From contig JBPGPT010000001.1 of the NCBI GenBank assembly GCA_051047955.1, positions 930,001-994,000 of the forward strand: a stretch of DNA of 64,000 nucleotides. The letters run 5' to 3'. The position numbers and the translations under genes were made by a program. Shown here piece by piece: positions 1-12,957 of the stretch. This DNA comes from Cystobasidiomycetes sp. EMM_F5. Taxonomy: Eukaryota. The notes beneath the pieces are model-generated. The model saw only the letters and a program-made list of their open reading frames with translations, had not been told where the DNA came from and made no database searches. Each line of letters begins with the position of its first letter. Positions within the stretch are counted from its first letter, which is position 1.

Positions 1-1949
1 ACTTTGAGCTTTGCAGGCACATCATCCAAATCTACCAAACTCATCCACGGAGGCGTCCGTTACCTGCAAAAGGCCATCATGGAACTAGACTATGAGCAGT
101 GCGCAGGCTGATCAGCAGCATACACTGCCGTGCTGACAAGATCTCCGTGGCAGATGGAAACTTGTCAAGGAAGCACTACATGAGCGGAAAACCTTTCTGG
201 AGATTGCGCCTTACCTCTCACATCCTCTCCCCATAATGTTACCTATATATACGTGAGTATAGATGGCGCACAGGCGGGAATATTGACCGACCCGTTGCGA
301 TAGATACTGGCAAATTCCCTACTTCTGGTCTGGCTGCAAGGTATACGATTTGCTGGCAGGTAAGAAATATGATGTCGAGTGGTCATAAATTCGGCCGACA
401 CAATCACTGCAGGCAAGATGAACATGGAAGGATCATACTTTATGTCAAAAGGCAAAACTATGGAGCAATTCCCCTTACTCAAGGATGCCAATCTTCGTGG
501 ATCTCTAGTATACTACGACGGACAACACAACGATAGCAGAATGAACATGGCTTTGATAATGACTGCAGTACATCAAGGTGCCGTTGTGGCAAATCATACA
601 GAGGTTGTCGAGCTGTACAAGAACAGCGAGGGACAATGCAAAGGGGCCAGAATCAGGGACAATATTAGCGGAGAAGAGTGGGACGTCAAGGCGAAGGTAT
701 ACGACGCTCGCCGCCTTCCGTTGCGGTTTGCTGATGCTTGGTTCTGCAGGGTATAATCAATGCTACTGGACCTTTCAGTGATGGAATTCGTAAATTGGAC
801 GAGCCTACTACCCAAGAGATCGTTGCACCCTCTGCCGGCGTGCATATCACGTTGCCAAACTACTACTCACCTCAAACAATGGGAATGCTTGATCCAGCCA
901 CGTCCGATGGCCGTGTCATCTTTTTCCTGCCATGGCAGGGTAATGCTATCGCCGGAACGACCGACTCCGCATCGCCAGTTACAGCCAACCCTATACCGAA
1001 AGAGGAAGAGATTCAGTGGATTCTGGGCGAAGTCAGGAATTACCTGAGCAAGGACATCGAAGTTCGGAGGGAGGACGTGTTATCTGCCTGGTCCGGCATT
1101 AGGCCTTTAGTACGCGATCCAGACGCAAAGAACACAGAGTCATTGGTCCGCAACCATATGATCAATATTTCACCGTCAGGTTTGCTTACGATAGCAGGCG
1201 GTAAATGGACAACATACAGAGCTATGGCAGCAGAAACCGTTGATGCTGCCATCAAGCAGTATGGTCTGCAAGAGTCCGCTATTTACCCATGCAAAACAGA
1301 GAAGATTAAGCTTCTTGGCTCACATGGCTGGCGGAAAAATCTTTACGTCGAGCTGATTCAACAATATGGACTGGAGACAGAAGTTGCCAAGCATCTTACG
1401 GATACATACGGTGATTTGGCTTGGAGCGTCTGTGCCATGGAGGAGCGGACGAACCAGAGGTGGCCTCAGCATGGAAAACGCATAGATCCTGTGTATCCTT
1501 ATATCGAAGGCGAGGTACGGTATGCGTGCCGGAGAGAGTTCGCCCATACCGCAGTCGATGTCATTGCCAGACGAGTGAGTTTGCCTATGTTCCGACCACG
1601 GCGGCGCTACCGTTACTAACGACGCTTTTGTCAGACACGACTCTCCTTCCTGAATTCTCAGGCTGCGCTGGAGGCCCTGCCGCGAGTTATCGACATCATG
1701 AGTGAGGAGCTGTCGTGGAGCAAGAAGAGACAAGCACAAGAATTCGATCAAGCGAAAGAGTTCCTAATGTCAATGGGACTGCATCCGGATCTCAAGACTG
1801 CCACTATGGACGACGTCCGTAAAGGTAACATCGTAGCTCGTCGCTCTCTGGGCGATGCGCCAAGGACCGCTCAACTGTCCGACGAAGCAGCGGGTAGTAA
1901 GAACGAACGTCGGACAATCCCTGTTTCCAGATCTGGCGGTGGAACATGA
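1..1949 (+). CDS. GUT2: Mitochondrial FAD-dependent glycerol-3-phosphate dehydrogenase (5'-truncated by window, multi-exon)
   Basis: Spliced translation gives GTSSKSTKLIHGGVRYLQKA, YYDGQHNDSRMN, INATGPFSD, IAGTTD, SAWSGIRPL and GGKWTTYRAMA. First visible intron is 99-153. Confidence 0.95.
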
Positions 1950-2154
1950 CCTCAAGGTGAATGTCATCCGCCTGAACCAAAGGGCGTCAAAATCTAAAAT
2001 TTCTATCGCTCTGTCTAGCATTCGTGCTGTGTGATTGTGGCTGGGCGTACCGCTAGCCGACAGAATGTATTGTCAATGTCAACAACATGAACTAACATGA
2101 ATTACTGCATCGTTGTCTGACTGCACTGTCTTCGCCTACTACCTGCTACTTCTT

Positions 2155-5100
2155 TCATGGTTGCGCATTCTGCAGACATAGCGCATGGTAAGTACTCTGG
2201 CCTCTGAAAACGACGATACTTTCGTGATGACCGCTCAGATTGCTTTTCGTGACCTCTTCTTCGTGCCAATTCGTTTCCTTTCCTTTCAGACTCGGCCGCC
2301 GTTTCATGTTAGGCCGCATGTTGAGCTTTTCGCCGACTTCAATGCCGGAAGCGCTCTGCGGGACTAGTTGAAGATTATCGAAGCGATCCTCCGGTAAATT
2401 TGCAGCCCAGATACTCATTCCGCAGACTTCGCAGATTCCAGTTGAGGCAGGTCTCCAGCCGATGTCTCTTTGCGCCGCTAGCTCTTCGACGTGTACGTAA
2501 AGGTCTGCTTTGACAAGTCCACAAGTGACTTCGAGTAAGTCGCTTTCAAAGCGGTAGGAGTCAATCACTTTCGATATGACGTTGCGCCACTCCGCATATG
2601 AGGTTGCCGTAGTCTTCGTCACCAGTTTGCGGAACAAGCGAGGGAAAGCACGGCCATCGTTATTACTGAGGGCCACCAGCGCCATCAGAGCATCAGAAGT
2701 CATTGATTCGAGCTCCTGCAGGTCGTCGTCAGTTCGACGGTTGCCGTTGTGCATTACGTGGTGATTATGGGTGAAGTTCAGAAAAGATGCGATGAGCTCG
2801 ATGAAGACCGCCTCCCGGTCGAAATTGATACCTAGAACGGAAGCTTTGGCAAGCTCAGATAGCGCTACACGTGCAGCACGCAGGGCAATGCTCAGTGGTC
2901 CCGAGGTTCCGGTCGGTATATTCAGCGCTTCCGACGTGACCCGCTGAGACAGGTCTTGCAGTACGGACGTCAGGGCTTTGACACTGTCATCCAGATTACC
3001 TGACTGTGCGTGATACCATATGAGTGCTTCAGGCACGTCTTTGGCACGGCAGACATCGAGCGCTGCGAGCTTGATCTCGTCATCCGCATGGGCTAAGTAG
3101 GCGATTACACCCTCTACGTCGTGTTCACATAGAAGAGCGACGTACAAAAGTTTGTTGGCCCGTCCCAAGTTTGAACTCAGCTGCGTTCCTTCGGCAGTGC
3201 TCTCGGCATCGTCCGAAAGTAGGCTCCGCAAATACGCCAGCTGTTGCATCGGGTTACCGCGGCAAGCGAATAAAATCTCGGTATGCTTCGAAGGTAACGA
3301 ACGATCAAAAAATCTAGCTGCCGCTATCACGTCCGTGTCGACGATGTCTGCAGCCTTGGATAATATTTTCTGCTCGACTGAATCTCGCTGAGATGGCGCA
3401 GTTATAACTTCCTGTAGCACTTGCGCTAGCTTCTCTAAGACTTGTGGAGTATCCTCTACGTTGTCGACATAGAGAGCGGCAAGTTTGTCGAATTGACGTG
3501 ACCCATTATAGATGAAGGCTAGTAATCGAAAGAAACCAGCTCGATGAAACTTACCAAGGAGGTCTGCAGTATATTCCGGTCGGAAAGCTGACACAAGGTA
3601 CTCCGCAGCTAGCTCTCTGTCTTCCTGACTGGAAAGATCTGCATCGGATGCTAGTTCTGACAGGATTCGGGTCATGATGCCGCTGTCAAGACGTAGGAAT
3701 TGCGAATATTTTGGCAGATTGCGGGAAAGAAAGATGTTGACGTAAGTACGATCTCTGTCATTAACGTCGCTATCGTTTGTAGTAATTTCCAGGAGAATGT
3801 CCGCTATCTGTTGGCGCGTTATGATGCTATGTCCAGTCGAAGTCTCGTCAATATCGTCCAAGAAGGCATCTTCGAAAGCAATGTCGAGGCAGCCCAGCAA
3901 TGCTTCAGCGTCGAAGCGCAGTAAAAGATTCAAGTAGGGATAGGGAGGCTCCCGGGTGTCTGTCACCCTTGTTTTCACTAGCCGGTTCGTACCTGGAGGG
4001 TATTCCACCCGAGATCGCGAAAGGAGAAAGGACCATAATCTTCGTCTAGCCCTCAAAGCTACATCCGACGGTAGAGTCTGCTTGGTTATGTGATTCAGTC
4101 CGATCAACGAGTCGGCAAGATACTCATAAGCTTTGTAGGCATCTGGAGCGGAGCCTTCCACTTCGATATGGTCATCGGCCTGAAAAGAAATTGAAGATTG
4201 CTGGTCCATGCTCTCGTGACTCCATCGAGTTCTGGCATCTCGAAGCTGCTGAATCGTTGCCATCAGCTTGACAAGCTCTATCAGCGGTCCCAGAAAATCC
4301 TGCAAGGCTTGGTTGTAAACGTGTATCAAGGGGTCCCACAGCCTGAAACGAGTGCAGATCTCGACCGCCTGATTAACATCAAGGCATTCCGGCTTTACTC
4401 CGAGCATAAGCTGAGCGAGCATGTCGACATCACCCAATACTTCGTACTTTTTCAGCAGCAATTGTATCACGCTCGTTGGCACGTCCGTCACGGATTTGGA
4501 AATGATGAACGGCTCGATGCGTTGCAGAAAAATGCCAACAATCCCGGTCGTATGATAGCGGTCAAACAGGTCACCAAAAAGAAAGTCGAAGTCTTGTGTA
4601 GCAATCGATGCCAGCGCTGTTGTGTCTACCAGAGATTCGAAGATGGCTGTATCGTCGATTCCGTTTATAGCTTGACGCCTGTGCATGCGGTCTTCGGAGA
4701 AGACGTAGTCCGCTGCCGCAGGAACAATGCTACGGAGTTGTTGTTTGACAGCTTCCCGCCGGACAGAAGGATCGGCAGACAAACCTAGAGACGACACCTG
4801 GCTCGGAGAGAGGCCATCACCGGTCAGGCAACCGACGGTGAAGTCAATGGCCGAGATGACATCCTGATCGTTGACAAGCTGGAGAACGATATCGGTCCAG
4901 GACAATAAAGCACCAGAACTGACGCCGTCGGGTTTCTGAGGCAAGAGCACGACTACTTAGTCTTGGTAATGGGCTCAGTCATCTTGACTTACGAGAATGA
5001 AGACCCTGTTCTTATAGGTCTGGAAGCTCAAGCAGGGTACTATGCCGAGTCCTGAGGAAGGACTTTGCCACGGCCAGGAGAGGGAGTCGCTGATGGCCAG

Positions 5101-7178
5101 CGTCGTGAGATCGAGTATATAGATGTGTTGACTTGCGGCTACAAGCAAGGTCTACATGTTTCTCCGCGTCAATGATGTAAACATCATTTAGACGTCTCGA
5201 CACTCACCTTGTGAGAAAGCCATTGGAGGTTCTCAATGGGCTCAGGGAGGTTTAACAGGGATGTCGCATTGAGATTGGGTTTTGCAGTGTCTGGTCCGGA
5301 CGGCTTCGGCTCCGATATTGAAACGAAGGTCAGCCCGGAACTTGTTCTGGATGCCGATGAGTGTTGATGCAAGTTGTCAGCACGCTGATGACCGTTCTGC
5401 AACGGCTGCGGCCTCTGCACAACCTTGACAATATGGAGGGCTGCCGACCAAGCGAAGGCGAGAAGTGGCTCGGATCCATCAACGCTGGGCAACCACGCGA
5501 GACACCCCGTCGATCCGGCCGGCGATACTTCCGGCAACGGCGCAGCATTGACGTGACGCCACCAGGTCCGCGCGGATGGCTTCAGGCCAGCGACTACCAG
5601 CTTTGTTGCCGTCATCAGCGCAACGAGGGCATATGCGTCGCTCGGATGCGACGTACTGCCCAGCGGCAAGGGTTGAGCGGCCAGTAAGCGCGATGTTGGC
5701 GGCGGCGAAGGTAGAGGCACGAAGGGAGGATATTTGCCTAGTATCCGCAGCACATCTGTACTAGCCAGACCCAGAATCTTGCCCAGAGAATGGTAGAATG
5801 CGAGACCTATCTGGTCACCTGAAACCAGCGCAGTATGCCGGTCACCGACGAAATGCAGGTGTGTCACAATGCTGCTTCCGGCTAGATGTCCCTCCGCCTT
5901 GCCTTGCTCCACGACTTGCAGAGTTGTAGGTGAGACACTTCGGTATGGCTGCGAGGACTTGGCGAGTGCATACACATGTATGTACCCTGTCTCGTGGCCG
6001 ACGGCTACGAATGTATGGTCGGTCGAGACTGCAAGAGCCGTTACTCTGCCCGACTTTTTTACCAGGACCTCGTTACCGCACACGCACCGCAAAGACTGGG
6101 TGTAGTCAAATACGAGCGACCAACCTTTCGAGGTTCCGATTGCTATGACTCCGCCGACAGCCATTACGGTGGGTTCGCCGAGAATTGCGTTGTTTGACGT
6201 AGATCTGCCTACCCGCAAACGCTGAGACAGCTTCTGAAGCGGGGTCCACCTAAGTCGAGTGACAGGTTGTGAAATGTTCCGATGCGGTTTGCCGAGAGCT
6301 GCCAGAACTTTTTCACTGCGGTTATTGCGCGACGTTCGCGTGACATCTGACGAACCTGGCGAGAGATGTCGGTCCGCTTGCATCGCATCTATAGCTGTCA
6401 ACCCATGCAGATTGGCCGCTGAGGATTGGCGGCTTAGGGTGTGCGTGTGCGAGCCATTCTTCGTACGGTCTATCAAAAAAGACGCGTTGGGAGTATCGTT
6501 TGCAAACCCGTTGACTGCACCTGTCAGGTCATCCATTGTCGCCGAAGTGGCTTGTGAAACAGAACGGAGGGAGTTGCTGTGCGAGATGGACGGCGCGCCA
6601 GAAGTGGAGCGGAGTCTTGAGACCAACGGATTCATGGCTGGTCGACGGAGCGGTATCTTTTGCGGTGTGAGCGTACCTGAGCGTGGCCGCGAGCTATTGA
6701 ATGTAAATGTTGACGACGGGGAAGGGGAGATTGGCGTTTCCTTTGCTCTTTCAAGCGTAACGAGAGAAGTGGGAGGGCTGTCCGGGCTGCGTTTGGATGA
6801 AGGTATTGCAGGCTCTGGCGGCCAAGGCGGACCTTCGTCGTCATCCAATATTCCGGCCATCCTCTGTGCATAGCCGTTGTTTGACTCTTTCGCAGCTTCC
6901 AATTGCAGCTCTTGCATCTCCTCGTCGTCTCTGCCTGTATACACGAAGCTGGTTTCCTCGTTATCGTCACTATCGCCATCGCCGTTTCGTGCCTCCAGCG
7001 CCGAGTCCATTGCGCTGACATAGTCGTCAAAGACGTCGTCGTCGTCGTCGTTTGCACCATCAAAATGAAGCACAACTTCAGGCTGCTTGTCCTTTGCCGG
7101 CACAGGCTTCACAGCCGAGTTACCAGGTGCTCGGTCCTTGGAAGTGCTGGCAGACGAGCCATTGCCCAGGCTCGACAT
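2155..7178 (-). CDS. VPS8: CORVET tethering complex subunit Vps8 (beta-propeller, Vps8 domain, C-terminal degenerate RING)
   Basis: ORFs 5184-7178 and 2155-4950 contain IAIGTSKG, VTALAVSTDHTFVAVGH and LAFYHSLGK, an alpha-solenoid region (LDVNQAVEIC..LWDPLIHVYN) and a C-terminal GWRP..CEVC..YHALC. Confidence 0.9.
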
Positions 7179-7421
7179 GAGCAGGCCGCCAGCTCGTCAG
7201 TGCTACTTGTGCAGAATTCTACACCAACTCGGTTGGCAATTTTAGCATAATTATGAAACATCCAAGCTGCCGTCGACTTGGACAACTGTCTTCGTATTTC
7301 GCCAAACTGTTGATAATTCTGACAGATTGTGAATTCAAAGACTCATGGACAGCCATGCTACACTCTATGTAATGGTCTGAGCATGCCCGCCATTTCCATC
7401 GCATAGACGACATCCGACATT

Positions 7422-9968
7422 ATGAAGATAAAGCTAAAGGGCGCGTACGCTCGCGCAATACCGCCGGAAGCAGAGACGGCCACTCCACACCCACCTCTGC
7501 ATGCTAGCACATCGACTGTGCATTCTCCCGAGCTGCGTCCTCCCTCGCCGAGCAAGAGTGTTGTCAATTTAGACAGCGCCGGAACAGTTTTAAACGACGT
7601 TCGAAATGCAGGCAACAATGGGCAGGGACAGGCGAACGTACACCAAGGTGACGAGGATGATCCGAATGGATTGTCAAACGGCCAAAACGGCAGAGACGAG
7701 GACGACGACGAGGAGTATGCCGAATCCAGCTCGTCGCATTCCGACAACGAATTCATCAGTGCTCCTCTACCCCTCAACGACAGTTCCGGAGACGAATATC
7801 ATGCCCCTCGGGGAGGACGTGGGCCGGGGCGTCCGAGATCCAACCATCGGACGTCGTCGAGGCGAGAAAGTACGAGATCGTCACGCAGGGATGGTAGCGA
7901 GTCGCTGGAGCCGGTCGAGGTGGGACCTTCCACGCGTCAGCGTATAAGTCTGACGATGAAGGGCCGGCCGTTGAGGGCATCGCGCCGGGATGAAACGACG
8001 CCATTGCAAGCTAGCGGGACAGACGAGGGTGACGATTCTCTCAGAGAAGACGACGAGCAAGATGGAGATAGCGTGCAGAACGTAGGGCAATACAGTAGAG
8101 TCGTAGAAAGCGAGGACGAGGAGGATGGCATGGACGTAGACGATGACAGCCAACAGGATGAAGAGACGACTTCGGTCTTACACGTACACGCATCGGCTAC
8201 AGCGTCAGGCGGTCCCCACAAACGTCCGCAGCAACTTGGACAGGATGCTCAGCGTCGTGGCAGCATGGGAGTCATGGCCAAACAGCGAGCAATCAAGAAT
8301 GGGCAATATGGTTTCGATGGCGACGAACTAATGTTGCCTACCGATCCAGCAGGAGAGGCAAAGGTCGACAGACTCGGGCAACTGCAAGGCGGTAAGCTAC
8401 ACCGCGTCGCACTATACCATGCCGACTGACCAGACTCGCCAGGACGGGAATACAAAGCTCCGACATTCACTTTCCCCACACGCCCGGAGAAGGAGCGCTT
8501 GTATATGCTTGCGATAGATGCCGCAAGATGCGCCGGCTTCCGTGATTCATTGTACTTCTTTAGACGGAATCCATGGATACACAAGTTGACGTGCACGAAT
8601 GAAGAAAAGGAAATTTTGGTGAACAGGGGGAAACTGCACGTCAACCTCAAAACGCGGCAAGTAACGGTGGTTACGGCTCGAAATTGCTTCAAAGTCTTTG
8701 GGGCCAGATTCATCAAAGGTAGTTTCCTTTCCTTCGTTCTGCTTGTACAGCGTTGAAGCTGAGAAAGGGTCCAAACAGGCGGTAAATACGTAGTTGATGA
8801 CTATTACGAAAGTGCAGCCATAGCAAAGGGCCTGAAAGCCGAAGCTCCGGCTTGGTCCGAGGCCTACAATCCTGAAATCGACAATACAACACTTGCGATG
8901 CCAAAAGTTGGTAACTTTGCTCAGAAATTAGGTCCAGGTCGACCGGCCTACATGAAGATTGGCAAGGCGATGGACATGGCTGGCGCCACACGTCTATCCG
9001 CTGCGCCAGACGATGACGACGACATGAACAATCTGACTGCTGAAGAACGAAAGAAACGCGAAGATGCCGCAGACGCCTTGGCTATAGCTGAAGAGGAGAC
9101 ACGGGTTGCGCTCGCGCAAAAGAAAGGCCTGCACAGTCTGCTCGGCCTTCCAGCTGGCTATTCGCCAGCGCAGTTTGGGCTCGTTCCAGCACAGGGCGGG
9201 GCTGGAATCGGTCTCGGACCGGGCATACAGTTTGGATCCAACGGTCAAGCACCTTTCAACGAACAGTGGGAAAAGAGCAAAGCGCGAAAGCCCGCTCCGC
9301 ATATGAACGGACGGAACTGGATGTGGTTCTGGGCCAAGGCGGTCATCGAGACCAACAAAGCTGTGATGAGCGTGCGCAAAGAGTACAGTGCGTATCATCG
9401 TATCACATTGGGGGCCAACTCTGCCGCGGCGCTCGAGGAAGAGGATGCAGGGGTCTGGCCGGTCTCTGAAAGCGAAGACGAATACGAAACCTTGGACGAA
9501 TACTACGCAAGGCAAGGCGTGCCGAGCGCTAATAGCAAAGCGAAGAGTCTCGAATCCGATGATAGGCGGCGGGGTCGTACACCAGATCCAAGTCCACTCG
9601 CTTTACCGACACCGCTCGATCCAAACGTCAAGGCAGAGGCTGATGGAGATGCGGCAGAGACGTCCGCGATGCATGCAGATGGCACGCACAAGAAGAAACG
9701 ACGGAGACGATCTCCACTCCGGGGATTTTACGATCAGCACACTCGTGCACCGATTGTACGGACGGATTCACAACCACTGGGCGTTCTGTCTTGCGAGCGA
9801 GTCGCTGGATTACCCGAGATCTCGTTGGACGTTGCTAGCATTACTCAGAAGGCGCCCGATGCTGTTACAATCAGCAAGCTGGCTGCTGTACGAGGGGTAA
9901 GCCGGCCAGTACGTGCTATGAAATACTTCAGAGCTGATGACCAGCCCTTATCCAGATGGCGACCGTAG
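7422..9968 (+). CDS. Chromatin-remodelling complex subunit, Rsc7/Swp82 (Npl6-like) family
   Basis: Spliced domain DPAGEAKVDRLGQLQGGREYKAPTF..LYMLAIDAARCAGFRDSLYFFRRNP..VTARNCFKVFGARFIK..GKYVVDDYYE. Acidic low-complexity N-terminus. Confidence 0.85.
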
Positions 9969-10160
9969 AGTACATCGTTCAGCATACCTGACGAGGCCAT
10001 CATGTTCAGTTAGAATTAAACCTGTTGTTCTTAAGCTTGATCATAGCCTGCAAGCGCGTTCTTATGGCCAGCCCAAGTTGGCGCCCCACTCAACCGAACA
10101 AGCAACTGCCGTCTCGTCGCATTCGCCTGGACGCATCTGCAACAAGTACACAATTTCGCA

Positions 10161-12754
10161 ATGCAATGCACTTGTGCGAGAACAGCATCAGGACTTGCGG
10201 CAAGAGCCATCGCGAAGCCGACGCAACAGTTCTTTTCGACAGTGAGCAAGTCAAGTCGCAGTTTCCACCCAGAAAGAGCGGCTGCGTCTCGCAATGCTGG
10301 ACGGCACCCTCGGGGTCTCCAGACCAATGCCCCGCTGCGAAATTGCTGGAATGGCTCGAGAAAGATTCAAACGCGAAACTATGCAAATGCCGTTATTACA
10401 AACAGGCCATCAATGCCAACGGAACCCGTAGACGCTGATGTAACACTGCTTAATTCCCAAAAGCACCCTCACCCGGTGTCGCCTGTCGCTGGGAAAGCTC
10501 TCTCGACAGAACAGCTCGCAGGTCTGCTTGGCCGCCTGCGACTCCTTCTCGAAGAGTACACTGGTATGGCGGCGTCGTCTTCAACGTCCGAAGCCGGTCT
10601 AGAGTCCCGTGTCCGGCATATTGGCTTGACAACGCTCAACGAAAGCCAGGGAGATGAAGCTGTATGGCTAAATCGTCTGACAGCGGCCATGGAAGAAGTG
10701 GAGAGCGCTGGCATTGGCCAGCATAGGCGTACTCGAGTACTTCTGGTTGGCGACTCGCACCGTGTCACATCCGACTTCACGCTGGCCTTGCTCGACGACC
10801 CTCTGTCTAGCGATCAGCAGACCCGCAATATCCTGCAAGCACGGCAAGAGACTAGCAGTTCACATACTGTCGAAACGCATGTCATTACAGGGTCCACTAG
10901 AGCTGTTGATATTGATGGTCAAGTCTCTTCCCAGACATTCACAGATTCAGCTTGGCTCCAGCAGAACAACGTCGACGTAGTAGAATTAGTCCACCGAGGT
11001 AGGTATGCGTATCCTGCCATGTGACGTGAATCTGATACCAGCTTCTCAGATCCTAGCAGGGCTTTCACACCAGCCGAATGGAATACCATTCTTGCTAGCG
11101 ATGCAGTCATGATGCTGTCGCCAGACTACGAGACCGCCTTTAACGAAACGGACCGAGCAAGATTGCTTCGTCAGCCGAATGTTATAAGGGTACTCGCGCC
11201 TGATGATTCGCGATCAAACATATCGAGCCAATTATTTGCGCCCGTATCCCAACACCAAACTCTGTCAGCTGTCCCGATAATGAGAGCCGGAACCTCTCTC
11301 GCTTTGCAGGCGAACGAGATACTGCGATCTTCGACGCCATATTCTGGCGGCAAGTCTGCTTGTAAGGGAGATTTCGCATCGATGCTACTGCGCTCGGGCA
11401 TACCGCAACTGCGAGAATGGCTAGAGACCAGTATCTGCTCGGCAACTCACAAGAATCATACTCTGCCGCCATCACATTATCAGCGTATACTCAGTCTGGC
11501 GCGCTCAATCATGCTGGTCATGACCGATGCGATGGTTGAAGCTCGAGGCATGATCAGCCAAGCGAGTGACGAATTATCCGTGCTGGAGTTACGCTCTGCC
11601 CGTGACAAGAGGCATTCGCAGCTGGAACTTGGCTTCACGGATCTCGGAAAGGTCGACATGGACATGCTCGTCAACGATGCGCCTGTCGATATCCATCGGG
11701 CAGTCTCGCCAGACGCGGCGACAAGTATCGCTGCTGACTCTGCGAACGCCGGTGTCGTTGCTGTCGTAGACGCCAACAAGGCAAGTGCAGCCGAAGAAGC
11801 AATCGTTCCACTCTTGGATGACGGGAGAAAAAGTGTAGAGAAGGCGCTGAACGGTAAACGTTTGCGCTGGTGGAAACTCCCTTTCGGTCGAGCAGACGAC
11901 ATTGCGGTGGACCTCAGTAATGGCTTGAGCGGGTATTTCGTTGATTTGGAACGGAAGGCACGTGATGCTTGCTCCTGCTGCGCAGTAGCGAGACTAACAA
12001 TAGCTTTACTGTCAGCTGGTCTTCGAAACCGGTCGCCTGTCGGAGCGCAGTCTGGCGCTGTCCGCTCTTGTGGACTCTCTCTTCAAAGCCCCTTCAGCGT
12101 TCGGGCCTAGATCGCGGTCACAACCAACATTGTACTCCGCCTCCATACAGAATCAATTGCAGCAAGTATCGCCTTCTAGTGCATTCTCATTCCCGCCTCC
12201 TTCTCATCCATCGCCACTGAATCTGCGACACACGTCATTCTCCGCTCCAATAGCAGACAGAAGAATGCAACTCGCGAGTCCAGGCGGACCAATTGAGAAG
12301 CTGCAACTAAGAGCGCAGCGAGCTGTTCTGCAGTTCTACAGTATCGCCGGTACTTCCTCTGCGACAGCAATATTTCTGGGCCTCACCCCGATAGAGTCGC
12401 TTGCGCTCAGCCTGCCGAGTAGCATTGGCCTCGCCCTGCTTGGAAACGTTCTCGCCGGCTGGTTGCTGCAGGGCAAATGGATAAAGGCCAAGAAGCAGTT
12501 CTGGAAAGATTGGTTGCGTGCACAAGACGGTCTCAGCTATGATCTCCAGGTGGGAGACTTTGCTGCTACTATACAATAAAGCTGATTCGTGCTGCATGTA
12601 GAGCAATGGCGACTTTGTGCTAGACACCAAAGTATTCATCAAAGCGGACCAGGCTAAGCGCAGTCTGAGGGCACACCTCAAGTCTCGATCAGCCAAACTA
12701 GACAGGCTGCGTGAGGAGTTGCAAATGTGTATGCAGATACTGCCTACGTCGTGA
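10161..12754 (+). CDS. Mmc1-like mitochondrial membrane protein
   Basis: Arg/Ser-rich presequence-like N-terminus, LRWWKLPFGRADDI motif, LVFETGRL, and two C-terminal hydrophobic segments followed by LQGKWIKAKKQFW. Contains GC-AG intron 11958-12015. Confidence 0.65.
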
Positions 12755-12957
12755 CATTGCTATAGTGGAGTGACCCATCTCGATTATCTCGACCGCGGAA
12801 AACGTCAACGAAAAGTTACTAGCTACAGTGCGAAATGAAATCGCGGAAACTACCTAAAACCCACCTATTTCGTTATATGCCTGAGCACACGGCACTTCAT
12901 CAAGACATTATTCGTATACCTCGTTGCCGGTCTCGTGCATGATCGTAAAGTGAGATG

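Noticed and set aside
1296..1308. ACAGAGAAGATTA matches the U6 snRNA ACAGAGA box region
   Set aside because: It lies inside the GUT2 coding exon (TEKIK), and the flanking U6 sequence is absent.
1947..1997. Stop-codon read-through of GUT2 to a cryptic PTS1
   Set aside because: The context is TGA CCT rather than TGA CTA, and the extension ends VKI, which is not a convincing PTS1.
4198..6873. Long antisense ORFs (e.g. 4198-4788, 6259-6873) opposite real genes
   Set aside because: These are shadow ORFs expected from codon bias and show no protein family features.
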